Below are positions 30,965-41,235 of a stretch of DNA of 64,000 bases, piece by piece. Origin of the DNA: Candidatus Bathyarchaeia archaeon. GTDB taxonomy: Archaea; Thermoproteota; Bathyarchaeia; Bathyarchaeales; Bathycorpusculaceae. Under the pieces are notes generated by a model, which saw only the letters and a program-made list of their open reading frames with translations, was not told where the DNA came from and searched no databases. The stretch spans positions 54,371-118,370 of the forward strand of contig JBEKSS010000010.1 of assembly GCA_049516875.1 (NCBI GenBank), given 5' to 3'. The translations under genes and the position numbers were made by a program. Each line of letters opens with the position of its first letter. Position 1 is the first letter of the stretch.

Positions 30965-31960
30965 TTAATCCAATAGATAATATGGTAATTCTTGAAAAGA
31001 AACAGACCATTCTTTTCTGCAGGCAATTAGTGCGCACAGGAGCGTAAGAATGAACATTGAAGGGATAAGGATCGATGGAAATTCTGGAATAGCCTGTGGG
31101 CTGTTTTGAAAAGTCATCGATGTGCCGTCCGTTGACGCTATTATTGTTCCTGACTTGAAAGTGCCGTATATTGTTACTCCATGAGCTAGGAGCCTTTGCA
31201 CTGTCTCCGGGTGGGGGTGTCCGTAAGGATTGTCTTTTCCTGCGCTTATGATTCCATACGTTGGCTTGACCCTGTCTAGATATTCATCTGTCGTAGCGTA
31301 ACGGCTTCCATGATGCCCGACTTTCAAGACATTGCTCTTCAGGTCCAGTCCACAGTTGAGCATGCTCTGCTCGGCATTTGCCTCTGCATCGCCTTCCAGC
31401 AAGAAGCTTGTCTCACCCACCTGTAGCCTCATCACGATACTGTTTTCATTTTGATCAGTGAATTCGATTGGTTGAACTGGATTCAGTATAGTGAGGCTTG
31501 CTGTTGCAGTAAGATTGTAGACTTGCCCTCGCTGAGCCGCGAGAACTGTGTGACTTTTGGCGAGGTTCATGAAGTTCGTGTACACGAGCGTGCTGTCGGG
31601 TTGATTGTTGACCAGTATTTCGTCCACCTGAACAGTCGAACTCAAAATAGTGATTAGCCCGCCAATGTGGTCTTCGTGCATGTGGGTTGCCACCATCAGA
31701 CCAATACGTGTAATGTTTAAGCCGCTCACGTAGTTTAGCACTGTTGCTCCTGCCGCTTCTGTTCCACCGTCTATCAGTACGTCCACGCCCGATGTGTCAA
31801 TCAAAATCGAGTCGCCCTGCCCCACATCGATGAAGTGCACTGTGACGTTTGTATAAGTCGCCGCAAATGTGAAGCCGTCTGTTCTCATGTTTGATAATAT
31901 CAACATTGATACAAGAAGTATAGTGGACAGAGACAACTGAAAAACGCACTTTTTTCCCAT
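30965..31960 (-). CDS. Secreted ComEC/Rec2-type metallo-beta-lactamase-fold hydrolase with PEF-CTERM-like anchor
   Basis: Signal peptide; FIDVGQGDS, THMHEDHIGG, GDAE, KVGHHGS, NPYGHP; IPEFP + TM helix + RK. Confidence 0.88.
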   Translation of the reverse strand: MGKKCVFQLSLSTILLVSMLILSNMRTDGFTFAATYTNVTVHFIDVGQGDSILIDTSGVDVLIDGGTEAAGATVLNYVSGLNITRIGLMVATHMHEDHIGGLITILSSTVQVDEILVNNQPDSTLVYTNFMNLAKSHTVLAAQRGQVYNLTATASLTILNPVQPIEFTDQNENSIVMRLQVGETSFLLEGDAEANAEQSMLNCGLDLKSNVLKVGHHGSRYATTDEYLDRVKPTYGIISAGKDNPYGHPHPETVQRLLAHGVTIYGTFKSGTIIASTDGTSMTFQNSPQAIPEFPSILIPSMFILTLLCALIACRKEWSVSFQELPYYLLD

Positions 31961-32018
31961 AAATGTTGGTCTAGTGTAGCATACATAAAAGAGTTTTGCG
32001 TGCTTCGTTATCTATGTG

Positions 32019-34172
32019 CTACGGTTTCCATCTTCTCAGGAGCATGGAGTTTCCGACGACTGTGAGGTCGCTGAGTATCATCGAGGTTGCCGCAGCTTCG
32101 GGTGGGATTAGAATGTGAAGTGGCAAATAGAGCAGGCCTGCGGCCAAGGGAATCATTATGACGTTGTAGAAGAAGGCCCAGAACAGGTTTTGTTTGATTT
32201 TGCTCAGCGTTTTCTTGCTGAGGTCGATGCTGGTGGCCACATCTCTTGGGTCATCTTTGATTAAGACTATGTCTCCTGCTTCGATTGCTACGTCGGTTCC
32301 GCTTCCGATGGCTATGCCCACGTTGGCTTGCGTTATTGCTGGTGCATCGTTTATTCCGTCTCCGACCATGGCGACGAATCGGCCTTGGCTTTGCAGCTTC
32401 TTTATCTCTTCAACCTTCTGGGCTGGAACCACTTCGGCCAAGACTTCGGTTATGCCTAGCTGTCCGGCAATCGCCTCTGCCGTTCTTTTGGTATCACCGC
32501 TGAGCATTACAACTTTCAAGCCCATCTTATGGAGTGTTTCAACTGCCTCTTTCGAATGCTCCTTAAGCGTGTCAGAAACAGCTAACAACCCCACAGCATT
32601 ACTGGCTACGGCCACTACAAGCACCGTTTTGCCTTCGCCTTCCAATCTCTGAACATCGCTTTCAAAGCGTTCGATCGGAATTCCGTTGTTCTTCATCAAG
32701 GCGCGGTTCCCTATCAGAACCTTCTTGCCTTCAACCTCAGCTACTACGCCGAAGCCTGGTAAAGCTTCAAAAGACTCCGGTTCGCCGAAACTGATTTTTT
32801 CAGCTTCAGCCTTTTTGACTATGGCCTGACCTATTGGGTGTTCAGACCATTTTTCCGCGGCGCCTGCAACCTGCAGGATGAAGTTCTTGTCTCCTGCAAC
32901 GATGTCGGTGACTTCCAGTTTGCCCCTAGTCAACGTACCGGTCTTGTCAAAAACCACCGTGTCCAGATTTCTAACAACCTCCAAGATGGCGTTATTCTTG
33001 ATGAGAATTCCGTTTTCAGCACCGTTGCCTACTCCAATCATGATGGCCGCTGGAGTTGCTATCCCCAGAGCACATGGACACGAGATGGCGAGGACGGAAA
33101 CCATGGTTGTCAAAGCCAGCGCGTCGTCTACGACGAAATGCCATATGAGAAAAACGGCTACTGCAATTGAGACAACGACTGGGACGAATATGTTGACAAC
33201 CTTGTCTGCGATTCTTTGGATTGGCGCTTTGCTCGCCTGGACTTCTCTTGCCAGTCTGACTATTTGAGCCAAAGTGGTTTCGAGTCCCACCTTTTCTGCC
33301 GTGAACTTCAAGGTGCCGGTTTTGTTTATCGTACCGCTGAAAACCGTGTCTCCCAAAACTTTTTCAACTGGAACTGACTCGCCGGTGATCATCGACTCAT
33401 CTATAAACGTGCGACCTTCAAAAACTGCCCCGTCAACAGGAATTCTTTCGCCGGGTTTTACGATGACTGTGTCGCCAACCTGAACTTCGTCGACTGGAAT
33501 TTCCTTTTCTTCGCTGTCACGGACAACGAATGCTGTTTTGGGTTGAAGAGCCATGAGCTTCTTTATCGTCTCACCCGTCCGTTCGACAGCCATGTCTTCC
33601 AACAACATGCCCAACGTTATTGTCGTGATAACGACGGCTGAAGCATCAAAGAACACCATGCCCTGCAGGATGAAGATCGAATAAACAGAGTAGACATATG
33701 CTGCCGTAGCGCTTAGAGCTACCAGCACGTTCATGTCGGCAAACCTGTTTCTGATCGAAGAGTACGCGCCTCGATAGAAGTGCCAGCCCACGACAAACTG
33801 AACTGGGGTCGCCAAAGCCAGCAGAACGTAGCTCTTTCCTGGAAAATCAAGAAGATAAGAAATTAGCACGATGGGAATTGTCAGGGCGAGGCCCAGCAAG
33901 AAAAGCAGCATCCTGTTCCTGACATGTTTTCGGCGTTTTTCAGTCGTGTCCTCAACCTGCTCAACAGCTTCGTACCCGCCTCTCTTTATCACCGCCTTGA
34001 TCTTGTCCAAGCCTATCTTGTCTTCATCAAACCTGACAATGGCTTCTTTTGAAGCGAAATTCACCTTTGCCTCTATGACACCGTCCATTCTGGCTAAGCC
34101 TGTCTGAATTCCTTCCGAACAGGATGGACAACTCATGCCCAGGATTTGGAGAACGACTTCTCTTTCTTTCAT
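32019..34172 (-). CDS. copA: P1B-type heavy-metal (Cu+) ATPase
   Basis: GMSCPSC HMA, TGES, CPCAL, DKTGT, SEHP, GDGINDAP, YN. Confidence 0.93.
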   Translation of the reverse strand: MKEREVVLQILGMSCPSCSEGIQTGLARMDGVIEAKVNFASKEAIVRFDEDKIGLDKIKAVIKRGGYEAVEQVEDTTEKRRKHVRNRMLLFLLGLALTIPIVLISYLLDFPGKSYVLLALATPVQFVVGWHFYRGAYSSIRNRFADMNVLVALSATAAYVYSVYSIFILQGMVFFDASAVVITTITLGMLLEDMAVERTGETIKKLMALQPKTAFVVRDSEEKEIPVDEVQVGDTVIVKPGERIPVDGAVFEGRTFIDESMITGESVPVEKVLGDTVFSGTINKTGTLKFTAEKVGLETTLAQIVRLAREVQASKAPIQRIADKVVNIFVPVVVSIAVAVFLIWHFVVDDALALTTMVSVLAISCPCALGIATPAAIMIGVGNGAENGILIKNNAILEVVRNLDTVVFDKTGTLTRGKLEVTDIVAGDKNFILQVAGAAEKWSEHPIGQAIVKKAEAEKISFGEPESFEALPGFGVVAEVEGKKVLIGNRALMKNNGIPIERFESDVQRLEGEGKTVLVVAVASNAVGLLAVSDTLKEHSKEAVETLHKMGLKVVMLSGDTKRTAEAIAGQLGITEVLAEVVPAQKVEEIKKLQSQGRFVAMVGDGINDAPAITQANVGIAIGSGTDVAIEAGDIVLIKDDPRDVATSIDLSKKTLSKIKQNLFWAFFYNVIMIPLAAGLLYLPLHILIPPEAAATSMILSDLTVVGNSMLLRRWKP

Positions 34173-34208
34173 CTCACGTCAACCTTAACGCTCCAGATTC
34201 ATTCGAGC

Positions 34209-34853
34209 TCAAATAGTGGCCTTCAACACTTGCTCCAGAAACATGTCCTCTGGAACCGCTCCCACGAATTCGATTTTTTCGTTGACCACTATTTTTGGGA
34301 CGCCCATGACGCCATACTTTATGGCCATATCTGAAAATTCGTTAGCATCGATCACTTCGGCAGTTATGAGGCTGTTTTCTATGGCAAACTTGTGAGCCAT
34401 GGTTGCAGCCGTTGGGCAGTGTGGGCACGTCAGGGTCGTGAAAACCTTTATATTGATTGGAATTTTGATTTCTCGCAGCTTCTGCTTTGTTTGTTCTGAA
34501 AGGTTAGTTTGGCCTCTGGAAACTGAAGCCAACGCCTCCATCAATGTTTGGAACTCGTAGCCGTATGGGAACCCGTAGAACCTTATTCCATAATCTTTTT
34601 CGCTTCTGATGACGATTGCTGGAATCTTGTCAACGCCGTACTGTTGAGCCAGTTGAGTGTCAGCCACAAAATCATGAACTTCAGCTTGAATCTTCTCGTT
34701 TAATTCTGCCAGTTCATAAATCAGTTGTTTGGTGTCCGCGCAGAACTTGCATTCCATCACCTGTGTGAACATTATGACTCTCACTGGACCAACCAGTTTT
34801 TCCACAAGTTCACTTCTGATACGCTCTCTCTGTTCGTCAGGTATCAAACTCAT
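34209..34853 (-). CDS. Protein disulfide oxidoreductase (two thioredoxin folds)
   Basis: CKFC and CPHC, G.P.GYEF, GVP. Confidence 0.9.
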   Translation of the reverse strand: MSLIPDEQRERIRSELVEKLVGPVRVIMFTQVMECKFCADTKQLIYELAELNEKIQAEVHDFVADTQLAQQYGVDKIPAIVIRSEKDYGIRFYGFPYGYEFQTLMEALASVSRGQTNLSEQTKQKLREIKIPINIKVFTTLTCPHCPTAATMAHKFAIENSLITAEVIDANEFSDMAIKYGVMGVPKIVVNEKIEFVGAVPEDMFLEQVLKATI

Positions 34854-35287
34854 CTTTCATTCACTTCATAACTGGTCTTTTCAGCTTTTCCTGAAGCAAT
34901 GCGGGACAGATTCCTTTCACTCCTTCCATAGATTCAATTCTCTCCGATAATATTAGCCTTGTCAGTCCCCGTCCGTCATGCGTCCATGTTTCAGTCATCA
35001 CCACACGCTCTCCGCCTAAAGTGGCAACACATCTTGCCTAGTCTAATTCACAGAGTCTCTGAGCCGCTTCAAGCAGGTTCGGGGGGTCGAACTCCGCTCC
35101 AACGTTGCGAAGAAATATAAGACAGTACCAAAATGAAAGGATTTTGTCCAAGAATGAGAAAAAAGGTGTCAAGAATGGAAACAAAAACTGGCCTATCCAA
35201 TGCAAATATCGCACGCTGTGCAGAGAGAGACTCTCATGGAAATTCCCCCTTTTCCTTGACCAAATGGCTTGCGGGAGGTGATAGGTT

Positions 35288-35707
35288 TTGACGAAGTTGA
35301 ATGCAACCGCAAGGCTGGTCAAGAATTACAGGATAGATGTTGACGACGGCAGGGCTCACGCAATATGTCTTGATCTTGAACAGGACGATGGAGGAACTGA
35401 CATGGGACCTTCAGCTCTTGAACTAGCATTGATGAGCTTTGCGGGATGCTATGCAGCAATATTCATGCTCACAGCAAACAAGATGCGGAAGACCATAAAG
35501 GACTTGGAGGTAAAGGCGGAAGCAGTCAAGTCCGAAGAGGCAGGAACCATAATAGAAACAAAATTTGACATTACAATAAAAGCAGACATGCCAGAAGACA
35601 GAGTACACAGACTACATGAATTAACAGTAAAAGGCTGCCCAGTTGGAAAAATCTTTGAAAAGGCCGGAGTCAAAATAAAGTACAACATCAAAATAGAAAA
35701 GCAGTAG
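35288..35707 (+). CDS. OsmC/Ohr-like family protein
   Basis: GG.D.GPSALE...AGC ... CPV. Confidence 0.85.
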   Translation: MTKLNATARLVKNYRIDVDDGRAHAICLDLEQDDGGTDMGPSALELALMSFAGCYAAIFMLTANKMRKTIKDLEVKAEAVKSEEAGTIIETKFDITIKADMPEDRVHRLHELTVKGCPVGKIFEKAGVKIKYNIKIEKQ

Positions 35708-36032
35708 CGCGATATTTTCTTTTTGGAACATCTCTTGCTTGAGTTCTTGGTAGCGGCGACAATGAAAACAGACGAATTACGATTAGTGGCGAAAGGCAAA
35801 TTGGAGCGCGCGCGCTAGTTGCTGTAGCGTGCTCTGCAGTAATTCACGAAATCAGGAGCGAACAATACTAGAAAACAGATTGCCCCAAAGATTTCATCTC
35901 TGCTTGAGCAAGAATGACGAAGCCTGCGAAAGTTTCTCCTTAAGCCCTAATAAATGGGCGAAAGACTCTTAACAGTCCTTCAAGATTTGTCTGTGCTTAT
36001 GCCCTGTATTGCGGTCTGCGTAGTATGGAGAT

Positions 36033-37316
36033 ATGTGTGGCGTAATGGATGTTCAAACGAAAAGCTCGAAGTTCAAAATAGCGATAAGTCAGCGGTTGCG
36101 CCGCGTCTCCTCTAAGCTTGGACTCTCAGGCCACCCGTTTCAGATATACGTCATGCTGACTGCAAGCCTCCTCTTCTCGTTTGGAAGAAACATCGCTTTT
36201 CCGTATCTTGCCATGTTTCTCAACGGAAAAACTCAGGACGGAGGACTGGGGTTTGACTCGTCGCTCGTGGGCTTCATGATAATGATTGGAGGGCTGAGCT
36301 CTACTCTCGCGTTGCTGGTGACGGGAAGCCTGTGCGACAGGTTTGGAAGAAAAAGAATGATGATATTCTCGATAATCCCGCAGACCATACTGACAGCTGG
36401 CTTCGCATATTCTCATGCTTATACTGAATTCCTGCTGCTTTACGCTGCAACGGGAGTGATTGGAGCTTTCTACGATCCGGCTTACAGCGCCATGGTAGCA
36501 GACCTTGTACAACCTGAAAGAAGAGAACAGGTCTACGGTTTGAGTTACATGATAGGCAACGTCGGCACGATGATCGGCCCGCCAATTGGCGGTATAATCG
36601 CGAGCATGAACGGCTACTCCGTGTTGTTTCTCTACGCGGCCTTCTTTGCCGCTGGAGCCGCAGTAACGGTTACGCTTCTGGTCAAGGAAACACAGCCCAA
36701 AGACGCCTGCTACGCGTCCTTCTCTCAGTTCGCGGGAATCTTCAAGGACAGGATATTCATTTTCTTCTGCTTCTTGGGCGCCATGACAAGCCTTGTCTAC
36801 AGCCAACTATACGGGCTGCTTTCCGTGTACACGCAGTACATCGGCTTTGAACCCTACGTTTTCGGCATCTTCTTCTCAGTCAACGGGCTGATGGTGGTTC
36901 TTCTGCAGATCCCACTGAGGTTGGGAACGATGAGAATCGGTGCCACCAAAGCGTTCATTATTGCCCAAACACTCTACGCTGTGGGCTTTACATCCTTCAT
37001 GTTTGCCACGAGCTTCCAGCAGTTTTTGGCAGGCGTAGTCGTTCTGACACTGGGCGAAATAGTATTCGTCCCTGCAAGCTCGGCCTTCGTCGCGAACATC
37101 GCACCTGCAGATATGAGAGGAAGATACATGGCTATGGCAGGACTGTTCTTCGGCATCGGAAGCTCAGCGGGTTCACAAATCGCCTTCAGCATCTTCGGAG
37201 CACTGACTGACAAGCAGCTCACGTGGGGAATCTTGGGAATCATAGGGTTTGCCACATCCATCGGCTACGCTCTAATGCTCAAAATGACTCGCAAAAAGCA
37301 ACCACAGACCTGTTAA
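36033..37316 (+). CDS. MFS transporter
   Basis: GSLCDRFGRKR motif A, GPPIGG, MRGRYM, about 12 TM helices. Confidence 0.9.
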   Translation: MCGVMDVQTKSSKFKIAISQRLRRVSSKLGLSGHPFQIYVMLTASLLFSFGRNIAFPYLAMFLNGKTQDGGLGFDSSLVGFMIMIGGLSSTLALLVTGSLCDRFGRKRMMIFSIIPQTILTAGFAYSHAYTEFLLLYAATGVIGAFYDPAYSAMVADLVQPERREQVYGLSYMIGNVGTMIGPPIGGIIASMNGYSVLFLYAAFFAAGAAVTVTLLVKETQPKDACYASFSQFAGIFKDRIFIFFCFLGAMTSLVYSQLYGLLSVYTQYIGFEPYVFGIFFSVNGLMVVLLQIPLRLGTMRIGATKAFIIAQTLYAVGFTSFMFATSFQQFLAGVVVLTLGEIVFVPASSAFVANIAPADMRGRYMAMAGLFFGIGSSAGSQIAFSIFGALTDKQLTWGILGIIGFATSIGYALMLKMTRKKQPQTC

Positions 37317-37477
37317 TCACTACTATACACACTACCGCAAACATAAGTGTCGAAGACAGTTTGTTACAATCGCCCCAGTAGTTCACGCGATTAGCGTAGA
37401 GTTGTTCTTTTACCGTCGCGATAGTCAATGCTGCAAAACCCTTCGTGGAACTAGAATTCTCTACAGCCGAGCGTCGC

Positions 37478-37532
37478 AAGCGAGCCATGAAAAGGCTTTT
37501 CAGAGACTTGTTGGTAACTCTCTAGTGGTTTG
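37478..37532 (+). promoter_or_regulatory. Conserved upstream element, copy 1, with TGAAAAG-N-CTTTTCA palindrome
   Basis: Aligns with 42125-42179 and 56849-56902 (minus). Confidence 0.75.
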
Positions 37533-37536
37533 TAGG

Positions 37537-40500
37537 TTGTCGAAGGCATCAAGTGTGGAAGAAACTCTGCATCAGGCTGAAGAACTGGAAAAAGAGTACG
37601 ATTGGTGTGGAGCTGCCAAGTGCTATGAGAAAGCGATAGGCTTGATGTCTGCCGAAGACTTCTCAAGGATGAGCGAGACTCAGGAGCGGTTGGGTTATGC
37701 GTTCTATCGTGCCGCCTTTCAAGTTGAAAGCAATAATGAGTTTATGGAAAGGATGCGTCAGGCTGTCGCAGCTTATGAGAATGCCAGAAAATTCTATGGA
37801 AGATTGAATGGGTTGGTAAAGACGCCCAGAATATTGCGTTGCAATGCGATGACCGCCTACATGAGTTATTGGCTTGCATCCGAAGTGCCTGAGAAGAAGA
37901 GGCTGATCAACGAGTGTTGGAGACTGACGAAGGAGTCACTAAAGACCTTCGAGGAAGCTGGCGCCACTTTGGAATATGGAAAAACGTACAACCAACTTTC
38001 AGCGAGCGCTTGTTTTGGATTCTTCTTTGAACGAGATCTTCAACCCCGAGAAAAAGTCGTGAAAGAGGCTATAGAACGAGGAGAAAGGGCAATCCAGTTC
38101 CTTTCCAAGTTAGAGGACTCTCATGAACTTGCGAAAGCTCTTGTCAGGACGGCTGGTTTCCTTGAACTGTTTGGCTACTATTTCCTTGACTCAGATGAGC
38201 GGGAGAGGTATTCTGAAAGAGCCAAAAGCTGCTGGCAGAGAGCCAAAGAACTTTCTGAAATGACAGCCATGATTGAATTATTGTGTATTCTGGCGCCGCT
38301 TGGTCTGAGTTGGGGTGTTGGTACAGATGAGACTTTGACGATTTTTCACAAAGCGTTAGAGTACGCTAGCAAAACGAAAGACAGGTTCATCGTTGGGTGC
38401 GCGCTTGAGTGGCTATCACTTAATACTTTTTGGAAGACTAGTCTTAGTGAAGATCCAGATGAACGGATGGAACTCGGAAAGAGGGCTTTACAGTATGCTG
38501 AAGACGCGAAACGTCACTATTCTTTAGTTTCTTTCATAAGTCCACTTGGTGATGTGCTCTGGGTAGAGGCACCTTACACTGAGTACTATTGGGCATCGGC
38601 CGGGGCGGAGACGAATCTGGCCAAGAGACGACAACTTTTGGAAAAAGCACTCGAGACCGCCCCTGACACGTTGAGGCGAGCTGAAAATTCTGGAATCCCA
38701 CAAAACATGCTTTATGCGCATCATGTATTCGCCAAAGTACTGGCATCTTTGGCCCTAACGGAAACTGACTCCGATGAGAAAAAAAGGCTCTTGGAAAAAG
38801 CTCTAATGCACAGGAAGGAATCTATTGAATTCACCGAATTACTCGGACCGTTCGACTATTGGAATCGGGGGGTTATGCAGAGCTACCTCGCTGAGATAAA
38901 ATCTGGGCTAGCCGACTTGTCTAAGGACAATGAGACGAAAAAGAGCATGTTACAAGAGGCTATACTTGACAAGGAAAACTCCTTGAAACTCTGCATTAAG
39001 GGAGTGGCATTCTTTGGAGGAAAAGGCCCATCCGCGCAATTGTGGAACATAGCGTTTTGGCAGATTGAATGTGGCACGTGGCTGAAGCGTCTTTATCAGT
39101 TAACTCACAACAATGAGGATCTGAGAAATGCCATAGGAGCCTTTGAGAACGCAGCTGAAACCAGTCAGAAGGCAAAAATGGAAAGCGGTATGGCTTGGTG
39201 CTACTGGAAAGCGGCTCAAGCCTATGATGATCTGGGCGAGCATCCAGAGGCGGCAAAAAGATTCATCCTTGCCGCGAGCAACTTCAGGAACGCCGCAGAC
39301 AAGATTCCTCAGTTGAAAGATCTTTACCACGACCAGGCCCTCTATATGCAGGCTTGGAGCGAAATCGAAGAAGCAAGACATCATCATGAACGACAAGAAT
39401 ACGCTATGGCAAAAGAGCATTTTCAGAAAGCTGCCGAACTCCACAAGCCGCTGAAAAAATGGAACTATCTGGTGCCCAACTATTCCGCTTGGGCAAGGGT
39501 CGAAAATGCAGAAGAGCTTAGCAGGAAAGAACAGAGTGAAGAGGCAATCAAAGCGTTTGAGGACGCAGCAACGCTCTTCGGGGAAACTAGAGACTCGCTG
39601 CAAACACAGCTTAGCAAGATTGAGGATACGGATGAAAAGCAAATGGTCTCCAGCATGATAAAGGCCTCAGGCCTGAGACAGGATTACTGCGACGTCAGGA
39701 TAGCCCTTGAAGAGGCGAAAATCCTGGACAAGAAAGGCAACCACTATTCCAGCTCAGAAAAATATGGTTCAGCAGCCGAAGCTTTCGAGAAAATTGGCCA
39801 AGCCTTGGAGTCAGAACAGGAGCGAAGGGAATTCAGATTTATTATCAATCTCTCTCGGGCTTGGCAGAAAATGACGTTGGCCGAAGCAGAATCGGCACCG
39901 GCGCTGTTTTTAGAAGCCTCTCAGCTTTTTGAGCAGGCGAAGGATTTTAGCCCAAACGAGAAGACGAAAATGCTGGTCTTAGGACACAGCAGATTCTGTA
40001 GGGCACTTGAGGCGGGAACGAGATTTGCCGACACGGCGGATGCAACGTTGCATGCGACCGCCATCCAGCAACTGGAAAGTGCTGCCAAGTACTATGTGAG
40101 GGCGGAATTCCAGAACGCTTCTGAATATGCCAGAGCTACTAAACTGCTCTTCGATGCTTATCTCTACATGGACAATGCTGGAAAGGAAAGCGACCCTGAG
40201 AAGAAAGCCAAACTCTACGTGATGGCCGAGAAGGTCCTGCAAACGTCAGCCGGCTCATACATGAAAGCAGAGCATCCTGAGAAGATGGAGCAAGTCTCGA
40301 AACTGCTGGAAAAGACAAAAGAAGAACGAGAACTCGCAACTTCACTGACTGAAGTGTTGCACGCTCCGCCGATCCTCTCGACAACGAAGGCTTTCACCAT
40401 TCCAACCCCGACCAGTGAAGAAGCGGTCGGCTCAGAAAGGTTTGAAAACGCCGATGTACAAGCAAACCTGATAGTCAGACAAAAGGAACTGAAGATCGGC

Positions 40501-40842
40501 GAACCCCTCAGCCTAGAAATAGAACTTGTCAACGCTGGAAAAGGCCCTGCTCTTCTGATCAAGATCAATGAAGCCATCCCTGAAGGTTTCGAACTGATCG
40601 AAAAACCGGAAAATTGCCGAGTAGAAGACAGCTTCATCAACATGAAGGGAAAACGGCTTGATCCCTTGAAGACTGAAGAGCTGAAACTGATTCTCAAACC
40701 GAAGGTTCAGGGCACGTTCACTCTGAAACCCACGATTTTGTATCTCGATGAGAACGGCAAATACAAGTCTCATGAACCAGAACCGATAAACATAACAGTC
40801 AAAGAACTCGGAATCAAGGGCTGGCTCAAAGGAGAAAGATGA
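37537..40842 (+). CDS. Large TPR/alpha-solenoid protein with C-terminal Ig-like beta domain, paralogue 1
   Basis: Helical A..F.KAA repeats; beta-rich last ~130 aa ending ELGIKGWLKGER; start re-set to TTG 37537 by alignment with paralogues. Confidence 0.85.
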   Translation: MSKASSVEETLHQAEELEKEYDWCGAAKCYEKAIGLMSAEDFSRMSETQERLGYAFYRAAFQVESNNEFMERMRQAVAAYENARKFYGRLNGLVKTPRILRCNAMTAYMSYWLASEVPEKKRLINECWRLTKESLKTFEEAGATLEYGKTYNQLSASACFGFFFERDLQPREKVVKEAIERGERAIQFLSKLEDSHELAKALVRTAGFLELFGYYFLDSDERERYSERAKSCWQRAKELSEMTAMIELLCILAPLGLSWGVGTDETLTIFHKALEYASKTKDRFIVGCALEWLSLNTFWKTSLSEDPDERMELGKRALQYAEDAKRHYSLVSFISPLGDVLWVEAPYTEYYWASAGAETNLAKRRQLLEKALETAPDTLRRAENSGIPQNMLYAHHVFAKVLASLALTETDSDEKKRLLEKALMHRKESIEFTELLGPFDYWNRGVMQSYLAEIKSGLADLSKDNETKKSMLQEAILDKENSLKLCIKGVAFFGGKGPSAQLWNIAFWQIECGTWLKRLYQLTHNNEDLRNAIGAFENAAETSQKAKMESGMAWCYWKAAQAYDDLGEHPEAAKRFILAASNFRNAADKIPQLKDLYHDQALYMQAWSEIEEARHHHERQEYAMAKEHFQKAAELHKPLKKWNYLVPNYSAWARVENAEELSRKEQSEEAIKAFEDAATLFGETRDSLQTQLSKIEDTDEKQMVSSMIKASGLRQDYCDVRIALEEAKILDKKGNHYSSSEKYGSAAEAFEKIGQALESEQERREFRFIINLSRAWQKMTLAEAESAPALFLEASQLFEQAKDFSPNEKTKMLVLGHSRFCRALEAGTRFADTADATLHATAIQQLESAAKYYVRAEFQNASEYARATKLLFDAYLYMDNAGKESDPEKKAKLYVMAEKVLQTSAGSYMKAEHPEKMEQVSKLLEKTKEERELATSLTEVLHAPPILSTTKAFTIPTPTSEEAVGSERFENADVQANLIVRQKELKIGEPLSLEIELVNAGKGPALLIKINEAIPEGFELIEKPENCRVEDSFINMKGKRLDPLKTEELKLILKPKVQGTFTLKPTILYLDENGKYKSHEPEPINITVKELGIKGWLKGER

Positions 40843-40893
40843 CCAAGCAAGGATGTTTTGCCAAATCCTTTGTGCGTGCATGAATAGCGCGCG

Positions 40894-41049
40894 CGAACAC
40901 TTCTTGAGAAAGCCCAGAGCTATTGTCGAGAAAAAGGTTATTCAAGAATTCTGCTCATAGTATCTGTGAATAATGCGAATGCCATAGGACTATACAACAA
41001 GATGAGTTTCAGAGTAGAACAGATGTACATGGGAAAAGTACTAAGCTGA
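40894..41049 (+). pseudogene. C-terminal fragment of a GNAT acetyltransferase
   Basis: RTLLEKAQSYCREKGYSRILLIVSVNNANAIGLYNKMSF...*; no start; 5' break inside TAGCGCGCGCG. Confidence 0.75.
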
Positions 41050-41235
41050 AAGCACATCAATGAACAGCATAACTCTGCTGACATTTTTCTATGTGTCAAA
41101 GTTGCTGTCTGTTAGACTTGAGCTTCTTTTCTATCTGATATTCTTTTCATGATGCAGTCTTTAATACTAATTCACCTAATCTTATCTTTTGGGTGTCAAT
41201 GGTGGTTGACATACAGACTGTTTCTGGCGCGCGTG

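Noticed and set aside
34861-34998. 45-codon minus-strand ORF upstream of the disulfide oxidoreductase (MTETWTHDGRGL...)
   Set aside because: Has a plausible RBS but no recognisable family; too weak to call.
37402-37536. N-terminal extension of solenoid paralogue 1 given by the ORF track
   Set aside because: It overlaps the conserved upstream element; paralogue alignment places the start at TTG 37537.
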